From: an uncultured virus (IMG/VR IMGVR_UViG_3300035698_023471)
Lineage: Duplodnaviria; Heunggongvirae; Uroviricota; Caudoviricetes
DNA length: 54,707 bases
Reading direction: 5' to 3' (one strand)
Virus record (IMG/VR): IMGVR_UViG_3300035698_023471
How positions within the stretch are numbered: position 1 is the first letter of the stretch; each line of letters starts with the position of its first letter. Below the pieces are notes generated by a model, which saw only the letters and a list, made by a program, of their open reading frames with translations, had not been told where the DNA came from and ran no database searches. Shown one piece after another: positions 35,836-44,397 of this stretch. Position numbers and translations under genes: made by a program.

Positions 35836-35911
35836 TCCTGGGTAGTTCAATTGGTAGAACGCTTGACTGTTAATCAAGATGTTGAAGGTTCAATTCCTTC
35901 CCCAGGAGCCA
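35836..35911 (+). tRNA. tRNA-Asn(GTT)
   Basis: CTTGA-CTGTTAA-TCAAG, G73, CCA. Confidence 0.92.
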
Positions 35912-35912
35912 T

Positions 35913-35987
35913 GGGAAGATAGCCAAGTAGGTAAGGCATCGGTGTGAAGTACCGACATCGAGAGTTCGATCCTCTCTCTTCCCACCA
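35913..35987 (+). tRNA. tRNA-Phe(GAA), atypical anticodon loop
   Basis: GGGAAGA/TCTTCCC acceptor, TCGGT-GTGAAGT-ACCGA, CCA. Confidence 0.8.
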
Positions 35988-36059
35988 TATCGTCCTGACT
36001 GTCGTCGGACTGGAGATCAGTTGACAACCATCTTAGGATGTGATAGAATAGATTAAAAT

Positions 36060-36150
36060 GCGGGAGTAGGAAAATCTGGAAAATCCGTCAGGTTTAGGCC
36101 CTGATTTCACGAAAGTGATGCTGAGAGTTCGAATCTCTCCTCCCGTACCA
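36060..36150 (+). tRNA. tRNA-Leu(TAG)
   Basis: TCAGG-TTTAGGC-CCTGA, long variable arm, A73, CCA. Confidence 0.85.
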
Positions 36151-36166
36151 TTTACCATGCAAACAA

Positions 36167-36412
36167 ATGAAAATCAAACTACACAACAGTTTGTTCAGGA
36201 TGAGGATACCGATTGGCAACTTAGTCCTCACAGAGTTCAGCACAAAAGCAGTAGTGTTGAGAGAGGACCCTAGAGGAGAGGACATCAATGAATTAGTAAT
36301 CACACACAATGGTTTCTGTTGGTGGAATTTCCAACTTGATGGAAACGTCAAGACACAAATCATGAAAAAAGACGATGAGATAAGTCAAAATTATCTTTTC
36401 TTGGATGAATAA
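36167..36412 (+). CDS. MKIKLHN-tag small protein between tRNAs
   Basis: starts MKIKLHNS. Confidence 0.85.
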   Translation: MKIKLHNSLFRMRIPIGNLVLTEFSTKAVVLREDPRGEDINELVITHNGFCWWNFQLDGNVKTQIMKKDDEISQNYLFLDE

Positions 36413-36415
36413 AGT

Positions 36416-36491
36416 GGTGTGGTAGCTTAATTGGAAGAGCGACTGTCTCCAAAACAGTTAGGTCAGAGTTCAAATCTCTGCCGCACCGCCA
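36416..36491 (+). tRNA. tRNA-Trp(CCA)
   Basis: ACTGT-CTCCAAA-ACAGT, G73, CCA. Confidence 0.9.
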
Positions 36492-36493
36492 AT

Positions 36494-36569
36494 AGGGGTG
36501 TAGTTCAATTGGATGAACATCTGACCTTGGATCAGAAGGCTGAAGGTTCGAACCCTTCCACCCCTGCCA
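36494..36569 (+). tRNA. tRNA-Gln(TTG), atypical (C33)
   Basis: AGGGGTG/CACCCCT acceptor, TCTGA-CCTTGGA-TCAGA, G73, CCA. Confidence 0.75.
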
Positions 36570-36605
36570 GTTGACAATGACATCGAAAGGTGATATGATA
36601 CCACC

Positions 36606-36860
36606 ATGGAATTCACAAATGAAGAACTGGACACTCTTGAACGACCTGAGAGTTGGAGTTTGGCGAGAGATAACTGGAGAGCGGCAGACATCACTCTGAA
36701 AGATCGACAAAAGGCTCTACGTCGATTTGAGCATACCGTTCAAGGTATCTTAGAAATAACACAATCAAACTGGAAGATATTGCTTGCTGAAGAAAGCAAG
36801 TTGAAAAGATTTCGGAAGGCTCAACAAGAAAGATCGAGATCATTGAAAAAGCAGGAATAG
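36606..36860 (+). CDS. hypothetical protein (possibly near-leaderless)
   Basis: ATG 6 nt after the -10 of promoter 36571. Confidence 0.65.
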   Translation: MEFTNEELDTLERPESWSLARDNWRAADITLKDRQKALRRFEHTVQGILEITQSNWKILLAEESKLKRFRKAQQERSRSLKKQE

Positions 36861-36926
36861 CCAAGTAGGTAAGGCGTTGGATTGCAAATCCAATCATCAT
36901 CGGTTCGATTCCGATTTCCTGCTCCA
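36851..36926 (+). tRNA. tRNA-Cys(GCA)
   Basis: TTGGA-TTGCAAA-TCCAA, U73, CCA. Confidence 0.9.
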
Positions 36927-36938
36927 ACTAAATTTAAT

Positions 36939-37028
36939 GGTGGGGTGGCCGAGTGGCTGAAGGCGTTCGCTTGGAAAGCGTTAGAACCTTAACCGGTTCC
37001 GAGAGTTCGAATCTCTCCCTCACCGCCA
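36939..37028 (+). tRNA. tRNA-Ser(GGA)
   Basis: CGC-TTGGAAA-GCG, long variable arm, G73, CCA. Confidence 0.88.
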
Positions 37029-37044
37029 TCCTGAAAGGAACGAT

Positions 37045-37398
37045 ATGTCTTTCACATTAGCCAAAGATCAACCGAGGAAAGAACAAGAATGTGTAGAAGA
37101 GGTGAAATCTCTCTTCAATGAATTAGGAGATCTCATCGAAGAGGATACTCTGGGAAAATTTAAAGAAGAACTTAGCACAAAATTCAGTACTTGTATCATT
37201 TACTTAATCAATCATCATTCTGAAGAAGGAGAAGAAAAAGAAGCTCTAGACATTTTTGATGGAGGGACTTCAATCCTTACGGATTACGATTTTAAGGTAG
37301 GAAAACAATGTATGCAAATTCTCCGAAGAGACATCACAAGATATCCAGAGTCGCTTCAAACAGAAATAAATTGTTCATGGGAGTACACCTTCAAATGA
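37045..37398 (+). CDS. hypothetical protein
   Basis: AAAGGA SD. Confidence 0.7.
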   Translation: MSFTLAKDQPRKEQECVEEVKSLFNELGDLIEEDTLGKFKEELSTKFSTCIIYLINHHSEEGEEKEALDIFDGGTSILTDYDFKVGKQCMQILRRDITRYPESLQTEINCSWEYTFK

Positions 37399-37437
37399 CA
37401 CGCGATGAACAAATCAGATACATGAAAGGATTGTGAA

Positions 37438-37863
37438 ATGTCTTTCACTCCACACCGTACCATGCCGGTTGAAAAAGAAGTGACACCTAAGTCGAAAGCC
37501 TACGAAGCTCCACCTTTCACTCCAAGCACAAGAAGTACGAAAGAGTTGAAAGAACTCTATGATGAAATAGAAAGGCAAGTCTTCACTGACGACAGTAATG
37601 GAAAACCCAACTTAAGGACATTGGCTCCTAAGTTTGCCAAGATTAGTGTACAATTGGTAGATAGATATTGTGACGAAGGCATGTTCGAGAAAGCAAGTGA
37701 GGTCGCTTCTAACGGAATGTTGCATACTTATTCTCCAGAAGAGGCCATTGACACTCTCTTGAAATCAGCAGACATCGTCGAACGAAAAGGAGATGATGAT
37801 TCTTTTCGGTGGATCAAAAAAGTTTTAGCGATGAGCTTCGGAATAAGGATAGACAAGACATGA
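37438..37863 (+). CDS. hypothetical helical protein
   Basis: AAAGGA SD. Confidence 0.7.
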   Translation: MSFTPHRTMPVEKEVTPKSKAYEAPPFTPSTRSTKELKELYDEIERQVFTDDSNGKPNLRTLAPKFAKISVQLVDRYCDEGMFEKASEVASNGMLHTYSPEEAIDTLLKSADIVERKGDDDSFRWIKKVLAMSFGIRIDKT

Positions 37864-38114
37864 CACGCGATGAACTCATAGTCAGGCATCTTAGAAAACC
37901 TGAAGGCTACAAGGTCACGGACGAGGAATGGCAAGAGAAGGTAGAACGTGCGTTGGTCTATGGATGTGATTGGCTGCAACATCTTCAGAACGACATGGGA
38001 TTGAATCCTCTCATCGCTGCTTCAGTGGAAGAGTTGTGTGAGAGGATGGAAGAGACGGAACGAGAAGTTAGAGATTTAAGAGACATAGAATTCGAATCTC
38101 AAGGAGGTTGTTGA
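37860..38114 (+). CDS. hypothetical protein
   Basis: MTRDELIV..., ATGA coupling. Confidence 0.65.
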   Translation: MTRDELIVRHLRKPEGYKVTDEEWQEKVERALVYGCDWLQHLQNDMGLNPLIAASVEELCERMEETEREVRDLRDIEFESQGGC

Positions 38115-38165
38115 TGAAGATCAATGTCCCGAACATGATGTTAAGAAGAATCATTTGAAACATAA

Positions 38166-38253
38166 GGAGGGGCAAGCCGATAGTTGGCGACGGCACCGGA
38201 TTTGAACCCCGGCGAGGTGAAAGCCCTTGAGAGTTCGACCCTCTCTCCCTCCG
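38166..38253 (+). tRNA. tRNA-Ser(TGA), no encoded CCA
   Basis: GGAGGGG/TCCCTCC acceptor, loop TTTGAAC, long variable arm, G73. Confidence 0.8.
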
Positions 38254-38321
38254 AGAATCCCTGAATAATTTCAGGGATTCTCGGAGTGTCATCAAACAAG
38301 TACTGATGAGAAAGGAACGAG

Positions 38322-38648
38322 ATGAAACTTCGACTCCATCAGTCTTTAATTTGGAACGAGGTAGATGAACTTCACGCAGAGGCATTAGGAGAAGACCTGG
38401 TTTATTCCATAGGGAAGATGGATTTCATCTTCAAAATTGGAAGACGTCATACTACCTGCCCTTACAAAATGGTGATTAAGACAAACCTAGATATTAGCGA
38501 TAAAGGCAGAGGCAGATTGATGCTTCCCTATACCGATTACTGGGTGATGGAAGTAAATCAACATGGTGCTCCATTTCTAATCTCTTCTTCAGAGCATTCC
38601 CGTGGAATTTATTTCACAGCAATAACATTTCGTTACGATGTAGATTAA
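38322..38648 (+). CDS. MKIKLHN-tag small protein between tRNAs
   Basis: starts MKLRLHQS. Confidence 0.8.
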   Translation: MKLRLHQSLIWNEVDELHAEALGEDLVYSIGKMDFIFKIGRRHTTCPYKMVIKTNLDISDKGRGRLMLPYTDYWVMEVNQHGAPFLISSSEHSRGIYFTAITFRYDVD

Positions 38649-38649
38649 A

Positions 38650-38746
38650 GGTGGCATACTCAAGTCTGGTTTAAGAGGGGTGATTGCTAATCACCTAGGG
38701 GGTTGAAACATATCCCGCGAAAGTTCAAATCTTTCTGCCACCGCCA
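38650..38746 (+). tRNA. tRNA-Ser(GCT)
   Basis: GGTGA-TTGCTAA-TCACC, long variable arm, CCA. Confidence 0.88.
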
Positions 38747-38824
38747 TTCAAAAACAGTTGACATACCTTCGAAGGATGATACAGTAGGGGGAATCACGTA
38801 AAAACAGTTCAGAAAGAGAGTACC

Positions 38825-40540
38825 ATGTGGAAAGTCAAACCGATCACACTTCTTGACGACCAAGGACAACTTGTCAAAGTAGCATCCACCATTCAAAATG
38901 AAAAGGGGGATTTCATTGGAAGACCGACCGGCGAGGGTTTTTATCCTGCCTCCTTCGCTTCCAAAGCCGCTTGTGAAACCAAAGTAGACATGTTAAACTT
39001 CCTGGACCGACCGAAGGAAGTGGAGAATCATGAATGGAAAGTCGGAGATGAAGCTTTGAGAGATGGAGTCAAAGTTCAAATCACCGCCATCACATCAAAG
39101 TCCTTCGCAATCGCATACCCCGTCGAGCACGGCCCAGGCCAGATTCTTGAATTTCCACTTTCTTGCTTCGAGGAACTCACCCCGGTCGATGCCGTAAGTA
39201 CTCCAGAACAAATTCGCTACGCCGACCTTCAAAAAGGAGACCTCATCTCTCGGGAGTGGGATGATCCAGATCGAAGTATCTCGATTTACGAAGTCATCAA
39301 TCCACAAATTGAATCCAACAACGTCGCCCTGGTAGAAATCCTTCATTCTGATTATCGGGAATCCGGATCTCGCTGCTACTTTCCAGACGCCGAGATCGAA
39401 GCGAACTTCCATCGCACGACTGAAGAGGAGAAGAGGAAATATCTCAAGCCAGATTCTTTCTTCGACAAACTTCAAAAAGGAGATATTGTCACTCGGGAAC
39501 GGGATGACTCAGATCGAGGTGTCTCGATTTACGAAGTCATCGAGCCACAAAACGAACTCGAAACTGGAACCAAGGTAAAAGTCCTTCATTCTGATTCTGG
39601 GTATATCGGAGACCGCAACACCATTCCAGCCTGGAAGATCAATAAGAACTGTCATCTCACGACCGAAGAGGAGAAGAAGAAATATCTCGAACTAACCGAA
39701 ACCCTTTTCGACGAACTGGAAATAGGAGATGTGGTCACATACTGTTGGGGACAAGAAACCCCTTCCATTTACAAAGTCACTCTCAAAGGAAGTCTTTCCA
39801 TCAATGTCGAGATACTTCATTCACCCCAGAAAAACCTTACGTCTGGAATCTCCAATATCTCTGCAACGTCTGTCAATAAGAATTGTCATCGAACGACCGA
39901 TGAGGAGAAGAGGAAGTATCTTCAGAAAACAGAAGAGGAGAAGGAAAATCTTCTTATCTCACCGTGGGCGGACCGGGTAGGCACACTTTCCGAACTTGCA
40001 GTCCCAATCTTCTCCACACCGGTAAGAAAACCCTGGGTGGATGATCTCAAAGTGGGAGATTATTTCACCAAGACAAATCATGACGGAACTCTACGAACCA
40101 TCTACCAAGTAACTTACATCGAAACCTTCGAATCAGTCATAAGTTTCAGCATCACGGTGGTGATCGATACCAGGGATACAGAATGGATGCTCACTTTTGT
40201 ATCAGCAGAAAGACTTCGTTCCGATGACTTCCGCCCCACGACACAGGAGGAAAAAGAACTATGGAGTATCGGAGTCAAACCAGATGAAAATGAGGAAGGA
40301 ACTAAATTCCCAAAAGTTCATCGAGGAGATCTGATCACGGAGATCGATGAGGATGGCAATTTGACAGTGTTTAGATATTATTCCCGTAGTTCGGTTCAGG
40401 TCTGGATGACAGTCGTTTGGACGAACCATCCCAATGGAAAAGCGGGAGAGATAACGATGATCGAAATTGATGAAAGATTCTATTCCAAATTTCATCATAC
40501 GACTGACGTCGAATGGTGGAAGTATGTGAGGAAGGTATGA
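38825..40540 (+). CDS. protein with ~5 internal ~75-aa repeats
   Basis: LxxGDxxT...IYxV...VxxLHS...NxHxTTxEEKxKY recurs. Confidence 0.85.
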   Translation: MWKVKPITLLDDQGQLVKVASTIQNEKGDFIGRPTGEGFYPASFASKAACETKVDMLNFLDRPKEVENHEWKVGDEALRDGVKVQITAITSKSFAIAYPVEHGPGQILEFPLSCFEELTPVDAVSTPEQIRYADLQKGDLISREWDDPDRSISIYEVINPQIESNNVALVEILHSDYRESGSRCYFPDAEIEANFHRTTEEEKRKYLKPDSFFDKLQKGDIVTRERDDSDRGVSIYEVIEPQNELETGTKVKVLHSDSGYIGDRNTIPAWKINKNCHLTTEEEKKKYLELTETLFDELEIGDVVTYCWGQETPSIYKVTLKGSLSINVEILHSPQKNLTSGISNISATSVNKNCHRTTDEEKRKYLQKTEEEKENLLISPWADRVGTLSELAVPIFSTPVRKPWVDDLKVGDYFTKTNHDGTLRTIYQVTYIETFESVISFSITVVIDTRDTEWMLTFVSAERLRSDDFRPTTQEEKELWSIGVKPDENEEGTKFPKVHRGDLITEIDEDGNLTVFRYYSRSSVQVWMTVVWTNHPNGKAGEITMIEIDERFYSKFHHTTDVEWWKYVRKV

Positions 40541-40695
40541 CATGACAGAATCAAGAATAGCATATGTCTTAGGGCTGATAATTATCTCCATTTCAATTGG
40601 AAATCTTTTCTCTTCTCCATGGGGTTTCATCGCCTTCGGGTCAGGATTGGTTTTACCAGAAATAATAAGATTCATTCGTTCGTAAAGAAATGTAT

Positions 40696-40782
40696 GCGGG
40701 AGTGGTGGAACTGGTATACACTCAGCACTTAAAATGCTGCGCCGGGAACGGATCGGGGGTTCAAATCCCCCCTCCCGCACCA
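40696..40782 (+). tRNA. tRNA-Leu(TAA)
   Basis: CAGCA-CTTAAAA-TGCTG, long variable arm, CCA. Confidence 0.9.
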
Positions 40783-40804
40783 TATTATCTGAAAGGAAAG
40801 TTTC

Positions 40805-41155
40805 ATGGAAAACATTGAAAAAGAAGTTTTGAAAATCATTCGAGAGAAACAGGACAAGGGAATTCTGACTTGGCATCGTGAAAAAACTTATCGAGACAAT
40901 GTCTTAAATACTTCCGTGGGAGATTGGGAAATTCAAATTGGGGAGCGGCGCAGCAAAGCGGAAAAAACAGATGAGTGGTACTTGCATCTCTCCCTTAAGG
41001 GTGAAGAGTCTCCAGAATCAATGATCGAACAGGCTCCAGGAAAGGTTTTTGGCGTTCGAGATTTATTCAATTACCTCAATGATGAGCATAGGATATCTCT
41101 CTATCAAAAGTTCTTGGGAGATAGTGTCGATTTTAGCCCCGAATCAAACTCATAG
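40805..41155 (+). CDS. hypothetical protein
   Basis: AAAGGA SD. Confidence 0.7.
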   Translation: MENIEKEVLKIIREKQDKGILTWHREKTYRDNVLNTSVGDWEIQIGERRSKAEKTDEWYLHLSLKGEESPESMIEQAPGKVFGVRDLFNYLNDEHRISLYQKFLGDSVDFSPESNS

Positions 41156-41275
41156 TCAAAGCCATCAATTCTTTTTAAACCCTCGGAAGCGTAAAATATA
41201 AGATGAAGAGGGTTTAAAAAGAGTTGACAATGAACCTCGATCATGATAGGGTAAGAATCCTCAAGGAGGATTAAA

Positions 41276-41623
41276 ATGATTTCGCTTTATTTCACCAACA
41301 ACGCTTGGTATCAACGATTCGAAAAGATCAAACACGCCTTCGTCCGGGGAACATCTTCGGGCAGAATAAAGACATTCAAAGATACAGTGGTAGTCATCAC
41401 CGGGACCCTCTCCCGTTACTCTCGAAAAGAGGCAAAACTCCTCATCTTAAACTTGGGAGGCATCACTTCTCCAAAAGTTAATCACAACACAGATTTCTTG
41501 ATCGTCACCGATGCGATGTTCAACTCGGGAAGAAAGACAGTCAAGATGAAATCCGCAGATTCTTTTGGAATACCAATCATTCCCGAAACAGATTTCTATG
41601 AAGTAGTTGACAAGACGGCCTAA
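41276..41623 (+). CDS. stand-alone BRCT domain protein
   Basis: VVITGTLSRYSRKEAK.LI.NLGG...KV..NTDFLIV...K...A..FGIPII.E.DF matches the NAD-ligase/RFC-type BRCT consensus. Confidence 0.85.
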   Translation: MISLYFTNNAWYQRFEKIKHAFVRGTSSGRIKTFKDTVVVITGTLSRYSRKEAKLLILNLGGITSPKVNHNTDFLIVTDAMFNSGRKTVKMKSADSFGIPIIPETDFYEVVDKTA

Positions 41624-41638
41624 CTGTGATACCATACA

Positions 41639-41980
41639 GGAGTCACAGTGATTAGTTGAAGCGTTTCAATCTCTTAAGAAAGGATCGGATCTCTATGAAA
41701 CGAATTCTAGTTCCGCCTTAAATAAGTCGCTCCCTATGTGGAATAATAACTTTATTGATTTAAAAACCTCGGACGGTATCAGGACACCTTGCCTAGTAAT
41801 TTTCAACATCGGTCTTAGTAGTTTAGAGAATGAAAAGCAACAAGTGACACGCTGGCTGAAACCCGAGTGAGAATGCCCTTGGCCTGATGACCACTTATAA
41901 TGTAAAATAAAAAATGATTGACTAAGTAAAAAACCGGGGGGAGGCGGTGGATTCCTAATGCGCAGCCGCCTTCCCCGCTT
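41639..41980 (+). ncRNA. candidate structured non-coding RNA
   Basis: ~340 nt after promoter 41607, no plausible ORF, terminal GC-rich stem. Confidence 0.35.
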
Positions 41981-41998
41981 TGAAAGGGAGAAAATGAA

Positions 41999-42391
41999 GT
42001 GACCACATTCCTCATCATTTTAGGATGTTTATTCCTCGGGCTGATGTTGTTGAAAACTTTCACGATATTTGCCTGTATGAGAAAGATAGACACAACAATC
42101 GAACTTACGAGTCTCTATCTGAAAGAGATGTGCATCCATACAGAGAGAAATGTTAGAAATATTTCTGAAATCGCTAAATTCTTCGGGAAGATCAACATCT
42201 CTCAAGGTCCTCCTCCAGATCAAAATCATCCCCTCGAAGGAGAAATTTGGAAGGAACCTCAACAAAACGACACCCCTCCGAATGAAGAAGACATCAAATG
42301 GGTCAATGAGTTCATCGAGAAACATGATCGTTCCGAAAATCCTAAATTGGATGAAAACGATCCATTGAATGATTTTTTCAAAGATAGTTGA
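41999..42391 (+). CDS. N-terminally membrane-anchored protein
   Basis: hydrophobic N-terminus FLIILGCLFLGLMLL. Confidence 0.7.
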   Translation: MTTFLIILGCLFLGLMLLKTFTIFACMRKIDTTIELTSLYLKEMCIHTERNVRNISEIAKFFGKINISQGPPPDQNHPLEGEIWKEPQQNDTPPNEEDIKWVNEFIEKHDRSENPKLDENDPLNDFFKDS

Positions 42392-42421
42392 CAATCGATG
42401 AAAAGTGTGATACCATTCAGA

Positions 42422-42449
42422 CAGTTGAACGGTGTCAACCGTCCGACTG
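42422..42449 (+). promoter_or_regulatory. conserved promoter-proximal hairpin/dyad (copy 4)
   Basis: identical to copy 2. Confidence 0.7.
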
Positions 42450-42491
42450 GATGATACCATTCAATCTACAATCAAAAAATGGGAGGTTTAA

Positions 42492-43361
42492 ATGAAGCGA
42501 ACATATCAGGTCAGTGCTGACAAAAAAACGATTGAGACATTGGACAACTTGTTGTCCATGCTCCATCACAGCGACAAACGTAAGGTGACTTTCGCATTCG
42601 AATTCGATGGAGATTCTCAAGAGGCAGAAGTTTCACCGCTACCAACCTCGGCCCTCTCGGATCAACTCGATGAAGAGTGGGACTTCCTTCCGCGAATCTG
42701 CAACTGCGTCATTCTTGACGAAGACGGTTTCAAGGGTGGGGAAATGAGATTGGTGGAAGATGGCAAAGCCCTTCATACCGCTGCAACAGGCACCGCTGCC
42801 ACCCTTCCTTCGGCTCGTGCGGCTGCTACTGAGGAAGATGAGGAGGAAGAGGAAAATAAGAAAACAGACGAAGAAGATCCCGAACTCGCCAAGATCAAAA
42901 AGATCCATGAGACAAAGATCGATCCTTCCCTGCTCGTCGCTGCTTGGCCAGACGTGAAAGGGTTCGTAGATGTATCCAAACTCGCAGAATGTGAAGGGAG
43001 TCTTGACGCCTACTTCGCTCAAGACATCGACAAGATCAAAGACGGATTGAGAACCCATTGTATCGAAGGGACCGTCTTCCAACTACTTGAAGAAACCTCT
43101 TTGAACTTTTACGAATCCAAAGATCCGAAAGGTGGAGAAGAAGGGGATGTAGAATACGACATCCCTTTGAATGACTTCTCCGGGATCGGGGAAGGACAAA
43201 TCTTTAACCAAATCGAAATTGTCTCAGAAAATTGGGAGAAGGACAAATTCATCGGAAGCATCAATGACCGAGCACTTCTGTGGTTCAGTGACGGTTGGGT
43301 ATTTCATCTCGACTGGAACCTGGACTCTCGTGAAAAATACGGAGACTTAAGAGGTGCATAA
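42492..43361 (+). CDS. acidic two-domain hypothetical protein
   Basis: GGAGGT SD; Ala/Glu linker. Confidence 0.8.
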   Translation: MKRTYQVSADKKTIETLDNLLSMLHHSDKRKVTFAFEFDGDSQEAEVSPLPTSALSDQLDEEWDFLPRICNCVILDEDGFKGGEMRLVEDGKALHTAATGTAATLPSARAAATEEDEEEEENKKTDEEDPELAKIKKIHETKIDPSLLVAAWPDVKGFVDVSKLAECEGSLDAYFAQDIDKIKDGLRTHCIEGTVFQLLEETSLNFYESKDPKGGEEGDVEYDIPLNDFSGIGEGQIFNQIEIVSENWEKDKFIGSINDRALLWFSDGWVFHLDWNLDSREKYGDLRGA

Positions 43362-43588
43362 CATGTATGAATACGTAGAGATCCTCGCATGGATTTACGT
43401 CCTCTCTTGGCCCGACATCATGACAACTATGAGTTTTGTCAAGAACTATATGAAGGGAAGGTCCTAAAGACTTTCCCTGGGTGACGGGGCCTCTCCCTCC
43501 CCGTCACCCTCTGCTTCACAAAACAGTTGACAACGAACAAAAAGTGTGATATCATTCACTCGATACTCAAAACTAGGAGGAAATCAAC

Positions 43589-44278
43589 ATGGCCGAGATC
43601 GACCAAACAGACGAAGGAATCGAAGCACTGAATGTGGGAGATGTCGAGAAAGCATCTGCGCCTTTTCCAATAGTGTTTCAAATTCGACTCAAACGAGAGT
43701 TGACGACAAAACAGTTGGAGAAAGTTGACAGTCTTGTTGACAAACTCCTCATCGATCATGGTGACATCGTTTTCATTCGAGACTACAGCGATGAAGCCAT
43801 CGAGTTTCACAAGGAGAATACTCCTGATGGACAAAGCACCATCAAGTTGTTCTTCACGAACACGACAATCACAGAGGCTCTCGTCGTCGGTTCCAACGAG
43901 AGACTCAAGATCATGACCGAGTTCTTGTGGAAACTCCAGAAGCAAACCAATTCCGCCTACATCATCTGGATTCAAGATGACCGTTATCCCGACAATACTG
44001 GTTTCGGTTTGGACAAAAAGGGCATCTATCCGACCGTTTCCATGAATAACTGTCCTTCCGACAAACGGAAGAAACACGTTTCCCTCCCCGATTATCTAGA
44101 TGGAAACGCGGCTGCCATCAACAAGGCCGTCAAGGGAGCTGCGGATGACTTAGAACCGGACGCACATCCCTGGATTTTCGAACCTTTCGACCATCCCAAA
44201 TATCCGGAATTGGTTCGGAAGCACAAAGAGAAGATGGCTGAGAAAGAGAAAGAAGCGGAAGAAGCAGCCGCGAAGTAA
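43589..44278 (+). CDS. hypothetical protein, paralog of 33146..33784
   Basis: MAEIDQTDEGIEAL..IFEPFDHPKYPELV. Confidence 0.8.
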   Translation: MAEIDQTDEGIEALNVGDVEKASAPFPIVFQIRLKRELTTKQLEKVDSLVDKLLIDHGDIVFIRDYSDEAIEFHKENTPDGQSTIKLFFTNTTITEALVVGSNERLKIMTEFLWKLQKQTNSAYIIWIQDDRYPDNTGFGLDKKGIYPTVSMNNCPSDKRKKHVSLPDYLDGNAAAINKAVKGAADDLEPDAHPWIFEPFDHPKYPELVRKHKEKMAEKEKEAEEAAAK

Positions 44279-44397
44279 ACGATGTCTTCTGGGGGGATCG
44301 AATTCGATCCCCCCAATTGTAGTTGACAACAGATTCCACCTGTGATATCGTAGTCCCAGTGGTGAAACTACGACACCACATTCGAAAGGAGGATTAA

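Noticed and set aside
41843..41897. Hammerhead ribozyme (GAAA and CTGATGA present)
   Set aside because: Stems I-III and a cleavable NUH triplet could not be formed in the required arrangement.
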